A stretch of DNA of 64,000 nucleotides, from positions 337,590,001-337,654,000 of the forward strand of contig OZ024743.1 of assembly GCA_964016885.1 (NCBI GenBank), given 5' to 3'. Below are positions 12,762 through 26,305 of the stretch, piece by piece. Numbering within the stretch: the stretch's first letter is position 1; every line of letters begins with the position of its first letter. The position numbers and the translations under genes were made by a program. This DNA is from Eledone cirrhosa. Its lineage: Eukaryota. Below the pieces are notes generated by a model that saw only the letters and a list, made by a program, of their open reading frames with translations, was not told where the DNA came from and did not search any database.

Positions 12762-12954
12762 GGTGGTGGATTGGCAGTATCAGTAGAGGGTCGGACGCCA
12801 TTCTTTGCAGCAAAGAGTTACGGCCCTTTATGATCTGAGTTCAAATCCTGCCGAGGTTAACTTTGCCTTTCATCCTTACGGGGTCGATAAAATAAAGTAC
12901 CAGTAATACACTGAGATAATTGCTGGTCTTGTGCCAAAAGTAGAACCAATTATT
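12762..12954 (+). mobile_element. tRNA-derived SINE nested in the right arm of the fold-back
   Basis: The arm sequence resumes after the SINE (ATTAATATTCGAAAAACTCAGATTACATTT, inverse of 12452-12481). Confidence 0.85.
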
Positions 12955-13107
12955 AATATTCGAAAAACTCAGATTACATTTATTGTATTCAGTCATGGAG
13001 AGCGAAATTTTTTTTAAAATATATATATATATAGTAAAATAACGGAGCAAAGGACTCGCGTAAAGTGTAAAGTAAAACACACTCTTCTGTGTCTTTCCCC
13101 TCTATAT

Positions 13108-13151
<44 letters not shown>

Positions 13152-13536
13152 AATATAAATTAGCGAGAATCGTATTTCGGCTTTGGAATTAGCGAAAAAC
13201 AACTTCCGAGATGTGTGGCAAGCGCTCAATAATTCTGACGAACCAGAGCTACAACATACGTTAAAGGCCAAACACACTGAGACGATGGTTAAACCGTCAT
13301 CATAACAACCATAGAAACGACCAAGTAATTCGGGTCAAACAAATAAAAAAATATATATATACATATTTATAAAAATGAGAACAACAATCGCGAGAACAAC
13401 CGTCAAAACAGGTGTTTTAACGGCTGCTCTAGCGATGAATTTTCTCAATTTTATATGTATTTAAATACGCCACTCTCGTTTCGTCTCGATTAGAGACAAC
13501 ATTATGTTTTCCTTATATATATATATGTATATACAT

Positions 13537-13590
<54 letters not shown>

Positions 13591-13644
13591 CGGCGATGAA
13601 TTAGTTTTGCGAGGTTTTTTATATGAAATCGTGTGTCGAAACAG

Positions 13645-13867
13645 ATATTGTTATATTTGGGGAGGGTCATATTTGCGTAATATTGCCAGAATTAATAACA
13701 GAACACACTCACTGTTTGGTTGGTTTTCGCTTCTCGCTGTCTTTTATATATATATAACTGCGATCTAACTATATAAAAGACAGCGAGAAGCGAAAACCAA
13801 CCAAACAGTGAGTGTGTTCTGTTATTAATTCTGGCAATATTACGCAAATATGACCCTCCCCAAATAT

Positions 13868-13875
<8 letters not shown>
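13645..13875. repeat. Fold-back (~105-bp arms) related to the family A distal end
   Basis: 13645-13750 is inverted with 13770-13875. Shares TGACCCTCCC(C)AAA.TATAACAATAT with 865-890 and 58162-58187. Confidence 0.8.
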
Positions 13876-13941
<66 letters not shown>

Positions 13942-14261
13942 ATATACATGTTCACATATTTATAAGTATGTATATGTATATATACACGTAGACACATACA
14001 GATGTGTGTAGTGAACGTACTTACATGTATAATCTTGTATGTACTTGTATTCTATATATAAAATAACAGGAATCCCGAAGGCCGTCTGATGTGGTACTTC
14101 ACATATCAGAGATTATAGACCCCACACATGTTTGTTCGGGTTTTTTCCTCCCTATTTTCATATTCTTTGCTTCAAAATCTCTGTGGGTGCAATCAGTAAA
14201 ATATGTATGTATTTGTAAGTATATATACGCACATATATATTCATGTACTTATGTATATATG

Positions 14262-14310
<49 letters not shown>

Positions 14311-14319
14311 TTATATATG

Positions 14320-14375
<56 letters not shown>

Positions 14376-14442
14376 GATATACATACACTTATATATATAT
14401 ATACATATATATATATGTATATACATACATATATATGTCGAT

Positions 14443-14480
<38 letters not shown>

Positions 14481-14831
14481 AAAGTAAACCAGGCAGGCTT
14501 GTGTATTATTGGTGTAAGCTCTTCACTCAGACTCTCGACAATAGAATAGTGAAAGAGTTAAGAGGAATCACAGACTTAACTCACCATATATAGTTTGGTT
14601 CATACAGACTCGGAGAAGCACCGCCTCCTCATTGGCTTTTCCTAGTCTTTCAAATACACACACAGATAGACATACACACATACACACACACACACCCTCA
14701 CACACACACGTATATATATATATATATATATATATAAATGAAGAGAACCAAGGTTTGCAAAGTAAATCCATTTTTAATATACAGAGACACAGAAACACTC
14801 ACAACCGAACGGGTTCTCTACTCTGCCTTAC

Positions 14832-14869
<38 letters not shown>

Positions 14870-14929
14870 AAAGGAAAAGAATGACTTCACATGTAGTTCT
14901 AAACAATTTGATTTAATTTTATAATATTA

Positions 14930-16075
14930 CTAGCAGAATGGCCCGGCGTTGCTCGGGCTTCTAAACATAGATTGGCATGTTTATCCCTCCTTTCTGAAAC
15001 AGTACAGAGAAGTACGGAATACCTCGACCTCGGGATGGTGTCTACATTTTGAGCTTATAAAAAAAATTCGTCGTAGAGTACTAGGGGTTTAACTTAATTG
15101 GGTGCTTGAGAGTAAAATGTTCAACCCACGAAAGCCAAGACGATAGGGTAAAGTAAAAAGGCATTCGACAAACCGAACATGTATTTATTGTGCTATGGTA
15201 CAATGAAAGCAATAGTTATAGAGCAGTAAGCATGTGGGACTGCAGTGGTGGAGAGTGGTGTTGTCTTACTCCTTTCAATGTTTCATCGTATGTTCACCAA
15301 TTGATGCAGAGGTCCTAATAAAAAGTGAAGTCACCTTGGGTGAATAGGCAAATAATTTTCCATTACGATTTTTCAAAAGCATGTAATTGCGTTCCCTCTC
15401 TTTTTTGTTGTTGTTTTTGCTGCTGTTGGTGTGATAGCAGCCATTGGTCGTACTACTAACACAGTCTCGTCCTTCTTCAGTCAATTGTGTATATCCCCTT
15501 CTGCCTCGTCTACCTAAAAAATTATTGTAACACCTCCTTGTACACAATGTTCCTTGTTCTTTCGTGTCGGGCATATGCAAAGAGATTTGTCTTGCTCCCC
15601 TCTCTTGAGCAGCCAACGTATAGTTGCCCGTGTGAAAAACATGACTCTTCCAAAATATATATTAAAATAACAGATTAAAGTTTAAGCACAGAATCGCTGC
15701 TTTCACCCTTAACGGGATCTTCTGAAACTAAAAAAAATCAATCTGTGAACGCAGAAATAAATATTTCGAAAAACGTTGCAACCGAAGGAAGACGATACTT
15801 TGGTTCGTGGAGACGTTCCCTGGCAATGAACGGAAAATAACGAAGATAATACATCAGCAATGTGAACAATATTTGTCATAATGTCGTAATGCAGACAGCC
15901 AGACATACAGACAGATATTAGAGAGATCGCTAACCGGCGCCTAATGCGGTCCCTAGGGCATTGAAAATTTGAAATATTTTTTGCTCAAAATACTCACACA
16001 ACCATAAGTATTACATGTGTAAAGTTTGAAAAAAATCGGTTGGGTGGTTCTCAAGATTTAGGGAGTCAGACAGGC

Positions 16076-16108
<33 letters not shown>

Positions 16109-16130
16109 TTCTCTGTTTTAGATATATAGA
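14930..16130 (-). mobile_element. Non-autonomous Helitron with a helicase C-terminal remnant
   Basis: Minus strand begins TC and ends with hairpin GCCCGAGCAACGCCGGGC plus CTAG, between A and T. ~15590-15655 encodes CFSHGQLYVGCSR (Pif1-type motif). Confidence 0.8.
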
Positions 16131-17176
16131 TAATATTATGAGTTGGTAGATCTAGTAAGTTCTTTGTTAACTTCGGTGGGAAGATTTTTAAAGATTCCTG
16201 GTTAACTTTCCTGGAGAAATTCTCGCATTCGTCGGTGGCGATTGTCAATCTGAGATCAGGTTGTGTTGTGATGTGTGACTAGATATATGAGAGAGATTTG
16301 GATGTGTCTGGGTGAGGTAGGGTGTTAATGAGTGTGGGAGTGAAAGAGTGTTGATGAAGATTTAAAGGAATTAAAGCATACACATATGCACACATACATA
16401 TATATATACACATATACACATATATACATATATACACAGAAAATTAATTTTCTTTATACATAAAAAAACATTATACATTACATAAAAAGAACATTACTAG
16501 AAATCTCATACGTTATAAAATAAATAGGATGGGTTAGGGTCTCATTATGTTAATTAAACGACTAATTCTGGTTTTAGAAGTAAAAAGCAAGGGAGACAAC
16601 CTAGAAAAATTATCGATATCATCCTCCCGATTATTCCAACACCCAATTTTTGTGTCCCAAAAGTACATTTAAAATATAGTGCGTAGTTTACATTGTGTGA
16701 ATTAATCCCCTAACATTGCAGCATTGATAAGAGAGCTGTATATGTAAGCATTTCCGACATGTTTGTGTATAACAAACATAAATAAGTCTCGCTATGGGGA
16801 TTTTAAGTTGTGTTATTGTCACAGTTCTCTCAGTAGATGTATCAGCTATAGGTTATTTTAATTTCAGTACTGTGTAAGTAAACGTCACAGATGATGGATT
16901 AGCTCAAGAGATTGACGATCTTATTTAAGAATTATAGAAAAGAGAATAAGGCATGCAATTCCTTTAATATCCTTTCTGTCTTCATAAATAATTATGTGAA
17001 GCTATATGACCTATGCTTTCTGAATTTCAGCGGAAGAATAAAAGGAATTGAAGTTGTGACACGTTAGATCCTTCCATAGAATTTATTGCTCGAACTACAG
17101 AAATACATCAGAAGCAAAGACATCTTAACAACTTGTCTGCGCATGTCAAGTTGTATAAGTGATGTATGTATATATA

Positions 17177-17271
17177 CAGGGTGTCCAAAAAAATGTATAC
17201 ACACTTCAACAGAATTCTAATAAATATTGCCTGTACAGATAATCACAGTGTGTATACATTTTTGGGGTACA

Positions 17272-17274
<3 letters not shown>
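17177..17274. mobile_element. ~100-bp Tc1/mariner MITE
   Basis: TA-CAGGGTGTCCAAAA...TTTTGGGGTACACTG-TA. Confidence 0.75.
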
Positions 17275-18200
<926 letters not shown>

Positions 18201-18229
18201 TGTATGTATGTATGTATGTATGTATGTAT

Positions 18230-18840
18230 CTCAGGTCACCAGTTGGTGCTACTGGTAACATGTATCCCAGTACAACCTGTCTCATGGTCGGGTTTGTTGG
18301 CGACTAAACTGGCAACCCCACCAAGGTTTCTTGGTGAGGAGGGTGACTTTGGACATCCTGCAGGACTAAAAACAAAACCTGTCAAAGGGCAAAGGAGCTC
18401 TTAAGAGTCAATGGCCATCCAAAATCACCGGGAGAGATGACCCCTTAGCCTTTGTCAAGGCAGAATTCTAGGAGAAGGAAAACTCTGATATAACACCTGC
18501 AACCCTCATGGTATCCAATGATGTTGACTTGTTCTTCTTTTTGGTAAATATCATCTTAGTTAAGAGAGTGGGACTGGCTTTGTGCAGTGCCTTTTCTCAC
18601 TATAAAAGCTTCACGGCACAGGCATTGCTTTATATCTGGAGATCTCTCTGCACTTGTCGTCACATGGTTCCATGGGCCCAGCGCTATGTGTCAATAATTG
18701 TCACAAGTGTAGTGCTTGTACCAGAGTTTTCAAGTCGCTGGCTGGACTAAAAAGTCACGCTCGTTCAGCGCATCGGTAGGGGTTCTCCTACATGGATATA
18801 AAGTAGTGGCCGTACTCGAAAACGAGTTGGCAGCCACCAT
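18230..18840 (+). mobile_element. ~610-bp non-autonomous LINE derivative (probably RTE group) with (TATG)n tail
   Basis: 5' part has GGCGACTAA and CTAGGAGAAGGAAAACTC motifs. 3' part encodes a C2H2-like end, HKCSACTRVFKSLAGLKSHARSAHR*. Five copies in the window. Confidence 0.65.
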
Positions 18841-19473
18841 GTATTATGTATGTAGGTAGGTAGGTAGGTAGGTAGGTAGGTAGGTATGCATGTATGTATG
18901 TATCTATGTATGTATGTATGCATGCATGTATGTATTATGTAGGTAGGTATGTATGTATTTACATATGGATGCATACGCTTACATAATATATATGTACACA
19001 CATACATATATCTTATTATCTGTTTTCATGCACACATATCCCCTACACACATATATAGATATACATGCATATATATACATATATATATATAAGTATACAT
19101 ATAAATACATACATACATACTTACATACATACACACATACATGCATACATACATGCATATATACATACATACATGCATACATGCATGCATACATACATGC
19201 ATACATACATACGTACGCACGTACGTACATATATACATACATACGTACGCACGCACGAACATACATACATGCATCCATACGTACGCACGTAAGTACATAC
19301 ATGCATACATACATACATGTACGTACATACATACATAAATACATACATACGTACATACATACATACATACATACATGCATGCATACATACATACATAGAT
19401 ACATACATACATGCATACCTACCTACCTACCTACCTACCTACCTACCTACCTACCTACCTACATACATAATAC

Positions 19474-20067
19474 ATGGTGGCTGCCAACTCGTTTTCGAGT
19501 ACGGCCACTACTTTATTTCCATGTAGGAGAACCCCTACCGATGCGCTGAACGAGTGTGACTTTTTAGTCCAGCCAGCGACTTGAAAACTCTGGTACAAAC
19601 ACTACACTTGTGACAATTATTGACACATAGTGCTGGGCCCATGGAACCATGTGACGACAAGTGCAGAGAGATCTCCAGATATAAAGCAATGCCTGTGCCG
19701 TGAAGCTTTTATAGGGAGCAAAGGCACTGCACAAAGCCAGTCCCACTCTCTTAACTAAGATGATATTTATCAAAAAGAAGAACAAGTCAACATCATTGGA
19801 TACCATCAGGGTTGCAGGTGTTATATCAGAGTTTTCCTTCTAGAATTCTGCCTTGACAAAGGCTAAGGGGTCATCTCTCCCGGTGATTTTGGATAGCCAT
19901 TGACTCGTAAGAGCTCCTTTGCCCTTTGACAGGTTTTGTTTTTAGTCCTGCAGGATGTCCAAAGTCACCCTCCCCACCAAGAAACCTTGGTGGGGTTGCC
20001 AGTTTAGTCGCCAACAAACCCGACCATGAGACAGGTTGTACTGGGATACATGTTACCAGTAGCACCA
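19474..20067 (-). mobile_element. Inverted copy of the 610-bp LINE derivative
   Basis: Reverse complement of ~18245-18840. Confidence 0.85.
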
Positions 20068-20760
20068 CATACATACATACATACATACATACATACATAC
20101 ATACATACATACATACATACGTACGTACGTACGTACGTACGTACATACATACATACATACATACATACATACGTACGTACGTACATACATACATACATAC
20201 ATACATACATACATACATACATACACACATACATACATACATACATACATACATACATACATACATACATACATACATACATACATACATACATACATAC
20301 ATACATACATACATACGTAGAGACAAAGAGACAGACAGACGCTGAAACATGTACAAAGGAAGAGAGATAAGACCAAAATAGAAGGTAAATTTCGTGGATG
20401 GAAATGTAAGAGATATAAACACTGGGAGGATTTGTCAGAGTTTGACGAAGGAATTTCTTATCCCAAACACTATATAGATATATTGATATATATATATTGT
20501 ATATATATTGTATATAGACGTACAATAACATTCACATATATTTCTATGTATCTATATATAGTAAAATTAACAAAGAGGAGAAAACGAACGAAAACAAGGC
20601 AAAGTGAAAAAGTTTTTGAAGTCGAAACTTTAAACATTTTTTAATATAAAAACACAAACGAAAGACAGAGAAATAGAAGGATTTCAGCCGTCAAGATGGA
20701 CTTCTGACAGTTTCGACCCCTACCGACGATACACACACACACAGATATCTACATACATAC

Positions 20761-20958
20761 ATGGTGGCTGCCAACTCGTTTTCGAGTACGGCCATTACTT
20801 TATATCCATGTAGGAGAACCTCTACTGATGCCCTAAACAAGTGTGACTTTTTAGTCCAGCCAGCGACTTGAAAACTCTGGTACAAACACTACACTTGTGA
20901 CAATTATTGACACATAGTGCTGGGCCTATGGTACCATATGACGACAAGTGCAGAGAGA
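20761..20958 (-). mobile_element. 3' fragment of the 610-bp LINE derivative
   Basis: Matches ~18640-18840; (CATA)n on both sides. Confidence 0.8.
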
Positions 20959-21276
20959 TACATACATACATACATACATACATACATACATACATACATA
21001 CATACATACATACATACATACGTGTATACGTAACTATATGTATGAATATATATATATATATATATAATGACGTATTATATTCGTTTTTTTCCGTTCTTTG
21101 CCAGGGAACGTTTCCACGAACCAAAGTATCGTCTGCCTGTCTTCCTCCGGTTGCAACATATTTTGAAATATCCGCTTCTGAGTTTACAGATTGACTTTGT
21201 TAGTTTCAGAAGATCCCGTTAAGGGTGAAAGCAGCGATTCTTTGCTTAAACTTTAATCTGTTATTTTAATAAATAT

Positions 21277-21384
<108 letters not shown>

Positions 21385-21493
21385 ATAATGAAAACTTGTT
21401 CACGTGACAGCTATAATTTCATTTATAACCAATCAAATTACGTTAATTATAAAAAAGCCTTCGTGAGCCCCTTTTTTAAGTAAAAAGAAATTC

Positions 21494-21567
<74 letters not shown>

Positions 21568-21870
21568 TAAACATACATATCTTTACTTTCTTTATTCAAT
21601 AGAAAATCTAAATTCTGACACCCCAGCGAACTAACCATATTCACTGAACCAGAACAATTCTCCCATCCAATTTCTCTCGGCCATTATATTTTGCTTGTTA
21701 TAAAATTCTCTAAAACGGCTACAGAATAGATTTCCAAATAAGGGCGCGAAAATTTAATGAAAACTTATTCACGTGACAGCCATAATTTCATTTATAACCA
21801 ATCAAATTACGTTTATTAAAAAAAAGCCTTCGTGAGCCCCCTTCTTTTAAGCAAAAAGAAATTCAAACAC
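21385..21870 (+). repeat. Direct repeat pair (~115 bp, ~370-bp spacing)
   Basis: TAATGAAAACTT.TTCACGTGACAGC...AAAAAGAAATTCAA at ~21385 and ~21755. Confidence 0.75.
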
Positions 21871-22433
21871 TCATATATCAGAAAACAACCTGTGCCCCCC
21901 GCCCTTGTTTGAAGAACTTTGTAACGCGAAATTTATTATAATTATTGACCAACCAATCAAATTACTTCTCGAAAAACCTGGCATTTCGAGCCACTTTTTT
22001 TCATGTAAAACAAGTAACATTCAGAGACCAAGCAGATGTGAGAAAAACCACAGACCCTCCATCTCAACTCTACTTTTGAAAAGTAGAAGAACTGCGAAAC
22101 CGGTAAAGGAACCAAATAAATATATATATATTTTTAAAAATAAGACTCCAGTTTCATTTTCGATTTCATATTTTTTTCTTTATACTTTCACTCGTGTAGG
22201 ACACCTTGGTTATTTTTCATTTTGTAAAAAGAAAAAAAAAAAAAACCTCACTTTCTAATAATAAATATATATGGACATATCCCGAGCTGAAGATCCGCGA
22301 AACTTGTTTTATTCCATTATTTATTCCCATTTCAGAGGCAACTTCCTTTCAAAGTATTTTCCCATTATGCGCCGTTTTGGCTGTATTACATTACAGACAA
22401 GACACAATCACAGAGTTTTAGTAGTATATATAT

Positions 22434-22516
<83 letters not shown>

Positions 22517-22796
22517 TGTGTGTGTCTGTATCTGTGTTTGAGTCTGTCTCTAAGTGTACGGTTGTGTGTGTGTGTGTGTGTTTGTTTGTGTATAGAATAT
22601 ATATAATTATAAATTTCCGAGTGTATTAAGCCATTCTTATATACTATTATATTGTCACTTTAATCATGAATATATTCATCTATATTGTATTCATCTATAT
22701 TTGATTTAGATGAGCTTATGCCTTTTCAAGCTTCGACCCTTAACAAACGCTAAAATTTTGCTAGAATGAAAAAACAAAACAGATCATATATTCATT

Positions 22797-23115
22797 GATG
22801 ACACGTTCTCCGCTTCCAGTTTAGTCACCTCGGCCACAAACCCTGGTACCGTGGCTCGCAATGTAGAAGACAGGAAGACAAGAAAATACCGGAGCTTGTC
22901 CGGACTCTTCTTCTTTGCACCGGTCGCCGTCGAGACCTCAGACATCCTCGGACCCCAAACAGCTGACCTCCTCCTTAAAATCGGATCGATAGCAGCCCGT
23001 TTGAGGAAGGAGCCCCGCGAGGTGAGTAACTGTTGCAGCGGTTGTCACTGGCCATTGTCGGCGGAAATACCTTTGCCATTTTGTCCGCGGGGCGCATCCG
23101 GAACACCGCTCTGAC
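22797..23115 (+). pseudogene. CRE-like non-LTR retrotransposon, restriction-like endonuclease C-terminus
   Basis: VEDRKTRKYRSL..FFFAPVAVETSDILGP, then after a frameshift LLQRLSLAIVGGN. Confidence 0.7.
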
Positions 23116-23799
23116 CTAGGTGTAGAGTCTGTCACTCTCTCCCCTTCCCCCTTTCTTTCTTTGTTTAGTAGTCTTTACTCTTCCTCTCCTTTTCCTCTCA
23201 TTTATGGCATTTCTAGTCCTTTCCAATACTGCTTTCTTTTTCTGTATGGTTAATTTACAGTTATATTAATTAGAGACTTTTAAACTGAAAAAAATCATGA
23301 ATACAATTCTACGTTTAAATCTCGATACGCATTGTTTGGCTTTGCATCATTTGAAATTAAGTTTACTATTAAGTTTCATATTAATTATTTCACGTTTACT
23401 TAATCAAGTATTCTTATTTACTGTTATAAATGACAGTAACTTTAAAAATACTATAACATTAACATTCGACGTATCATCTAATAAAATTATAAAATACCGC
23501 AATAGAGGGAAAAATCTCGGTTTAAAACTCTCTTCTCGTTAAAAACATCAAAATGTATGAAGCGAAATATTTCATCTCCATATTGAACAAACAATTTTAC
23601 CATGAATTTCACAAACTACTCAATAGGATCGATATAAGAAGTTGAGAGAAAAGGCTGATATGCCTTGAGGAAAAGAAAATTCTGTAGTTTTGAGCTGATA
23701 ACAGGGCAATGTTTGTCATCAAATTTCAACTGAATTATATAATGATTGCAATAGAAAAAGAGAAACATAATAAAAGGGAAAGAGAGTCTAGGTGTTATA

Positions 23800-24005
23800 T
23801 TTCAGCTGCAGACAAAATGACGAAGGCATTACTGTGGATAATAGCCAGCGCCATCCGCTGCATTTGCCATACCATTTCAGGCGGCTTCTTCCTCAGGTGG
23901 AATGCTCTCGCCACAATTCTGCAGACGAAACCAACAATTCAGGGACCGAGGATATCAGACGCCCCAAAGACCATCGGCACGATAAGGAAGCACTCGGCTA
24001 AATCA
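23800..24005 (-). pseudogene. Second, diverged CRE-like endonuclease C-terminal fragment
   Basis: Minus strand reads FLIVPMVFGASDILGP*...LRKKPPEMVWQMQRMALAIIHSNAFVIL, parallel to 22797-23115. Confidence 0.55.
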
Positions 24006-24367
24006 TCTTAAGTATTAATATATGTTCAATAAGTTCAGCATAGTAGTTATATGTTACATCGGAATAGTTACTTTTATATAGAATCTATATATAATACGTT
24101 GGAATATTAGTCCTATCTATCTATCTATCTATATATTTATCTAACTGTCTTGATCTAGCTGTCGTCTGTTCTACAGTGTGGATGTCATTCACTTCGCACA
24201 GAAGTTTTGTTCAAATTTATTGAGGAAATTTTGTGAGTTCAAACTTAATTTTGATACAATTGTGTAGCTTGACCCTCCGTCTGAACTGTCAGGCGGTGGG
24301 TCAGCTCATCTTTACTCCTCCTAGAGGTGAAAAACCTGTTTTAAAAAATTTCAATCGTCTAACAGAA

Positions 24368-26272
24368 ATGTTAAACGCAGCGAACGAAAATAGTGGTGGG
24401 GGGACAGCGGTAAGAGTTGTAAGCTCGCACGCTTTAGTCCTCCCTTCCTTCCCAACTAACGTCATAGAGAAGGAAGGAAAAATTAAAATAAAAACAGACG
24501 AATCTGCGGAGAAAAAATTAAATGACGAAAACACAAATCTGGACTTGGATTCCAACAACGAAAAAAAAAAAAAATTTGAAAAATTGCATGACAATACTAA
24601 TAACACAAACAAAGACACAACAAACACAAAAATAACAGTTGAAAATAACACCATATCAGAAAACAAAGCAGACGACAAGATTTCATTTGCACAGAAAACA
24701 AAGAAATCTTTGACTTATATAGCGGAAAACATTTCAGATGTGGTACGAAGGATCACGGACGCCAAACAATACATAAGTGAAGGAGAGAATGGTATTTTAT
24801 CCGTAAAAATGCCTCAAGAATTCACGAAAGACATTGAAAGCCGAACGGTCAAGTTTCGGACCATCAACAACAGTACAAAAAAACCCGAACAGCCTTCTCA
24901 AGCAGATATCAAAACAGTACTCACAGAAGTACTTAATGAAACCACTTTCATAAGAAAAGACAGACTGTATGGAAGCCTAGAAATTATCATGAAGAACGAA
25001 TCGGCGGCAAAAAAATGTGCTTTGTCACCGATTCGTTCGAAAAATTTCACCTTTTATCCATCTTATATGGGGAAAAGAACTCAACGCATATGGCTGGATG
25101 CAATGATGCCAGATGTGGACTACTGCTGGCTCATAGCTGGCTTCATCGATCCAGTGAATGACAACGTGATTTCCATTGGGAAAACCACAGGCAATGCGTT
25201 CAGTGGAACAGGTATAGAGCTGGTAGTACAAATGAAGCCTGAACGCATCGCCCAAATACCCGACAGAATCCTATTAGAGGACCACGGGTATATAAACATT
25301 AGCGTGGAGGGGAGAAGGCCGTCCTGCCATATCTGTGCAGGCAGAGGGCACCTGAAGGCCGCTTGTCCCCAACTCAACAAAAAGAAAACCCTGCTACCAA
25401 CACCAGCTCCACCACCACCACCACAACAGATAAACAAACAACAAAACTCAGTCCCACCCAACCCGTCCCTCAGTAAAACCACAACACCACCACAACACAA
25501 ACAGTCACAACACATTACCCCAAAACAAAATACAGGCCCACCCAACCTCTCACTCAATAAAACAACACAACCACCGCAGACACAACACACAACACAGTCT
25601 AACATAGTGACATCCATCTCCCCCACAAAGAAAACCAACACGGAAACATTACCAGCAAACATACCTCTTCCCTCCAACACTGAAGATAACCCAACGAATT
25701 CGGAGGAAGAAACGGAGTCCTTCAGACAGATTAAAAGGAAAAAAAGAAAACATGTGCAAAACACACAAGGACAAACAACCCCCACCCAAATCTCAACACA
25801 ATCCAACAAAACAGAAAACACCCCTCCAGCAACAAACAAAACCAAACCTGCCCCTCCCCTCTTCGAAACACTCACACCATCGGAAAAAAAGACATTACAC
25901 TATACTTACATCAACAGAAACAATAATAAATTAAATGAACTCATATACAATAATCCTTCGGTACAAACCGAAGGTGTAAACTTTGTTTCGTCAGAAAACC
26001 ACCCACATTTAAAACTAATAAAGATCCCAATGAACCTCTACCAAAAACTAAAAAAGGATTTTAAGGAGGACGTAGGACCACCCTCTGTCAAACCCATAAA
26101 CCGCGTCCTACTAAAAAGCTTTCCCCCTCCCCTTCCCCTCCCCAACACAACTCCAAACACCCCAACCCCACCACACACTGACGACCCCACACCACCACAA
26201 GACACCCCTTCACCCAACACCCCCGACCCCATGGAAGTCGTGCAACCCGAACCCCGGGAAGCAGAAAGGTAG
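24368..26272 (+). CDS. Tx1-like ORF1p (CCHC zinc knuckle nucleic-acid-binding protein)
   Basis: First ATG at 24368; CHICAGRGHLKAAC is CX2CX4HX4C; P/T/Q-rich linker; KRKKRK. Confidence 0.85.
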   Translation: MLNAANENSGGGTAVRVVSSHALVLPSFPTNVIEKEGKIKIKTDESAEKKLNDENTNLDLDSNNEKKKKFEKLHDNTNNTNKDTTNTKITVENNTISENKADDKISFAQKTKKSLTYIAENISDVVRRITDAKQYISEGENGILSVKMPQEFTKDIESRTVKFRTINNSTKKPEQPSQADIKTVLTEVLNETTFIRKDRLYGSLEIIMKNESAAKKCALSPIRSKNFTFYPSYMGKRTQRIWLDAMMPDVDYCWLIAGFIDPVNDNVISIGKTTGNAFSGTGIELVVQMKPERIAQIPDRILLEDHGYINISVEGRRPSCHICAGRGHLKAACPQLNKKKTLLPTPAPPPPPQQINKQQNSVPPNPSLSKTTTPPQHKQSQHITPKQNTGPPNLSLNKTTQPPQTQHTTQSNIVTSISPTKKTNTETLPANIPLPSNTEDNPTNSEEETESFRQIKRKKRKHVQNTQGQTTPTQISTQSNKTENTPPATNKTKPAPPLFETLTPSEKKTLHYTYINRNNNKLNELIYNNPSVQTEGVNFVSSENHPHLKLIKIPMNLYQKLKKDFKEDVGPPSVKPINRVLLKSFPPPLPLPNTTPNTPTPPHTDDPTPPQDTPSPNTPDPMEVVQPEPREAER

Positions 26273-26305
26273 GTCTCTACACTCTCCTTTGGCTCTGCCG
26301 CCCAC

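Noticed and set aside
18230-18320. HDV-like ribozyme at the 5' end of the 610-bp element
   Set aside because: Could not build P1/P3/L3 in the required order by eye.
24233-24367. GTG/TTG starts given by the ORF track for ORF1 (also 30197)
   Set aside because: Eukaryotic context; first ATGs are at 24368 and 30224.
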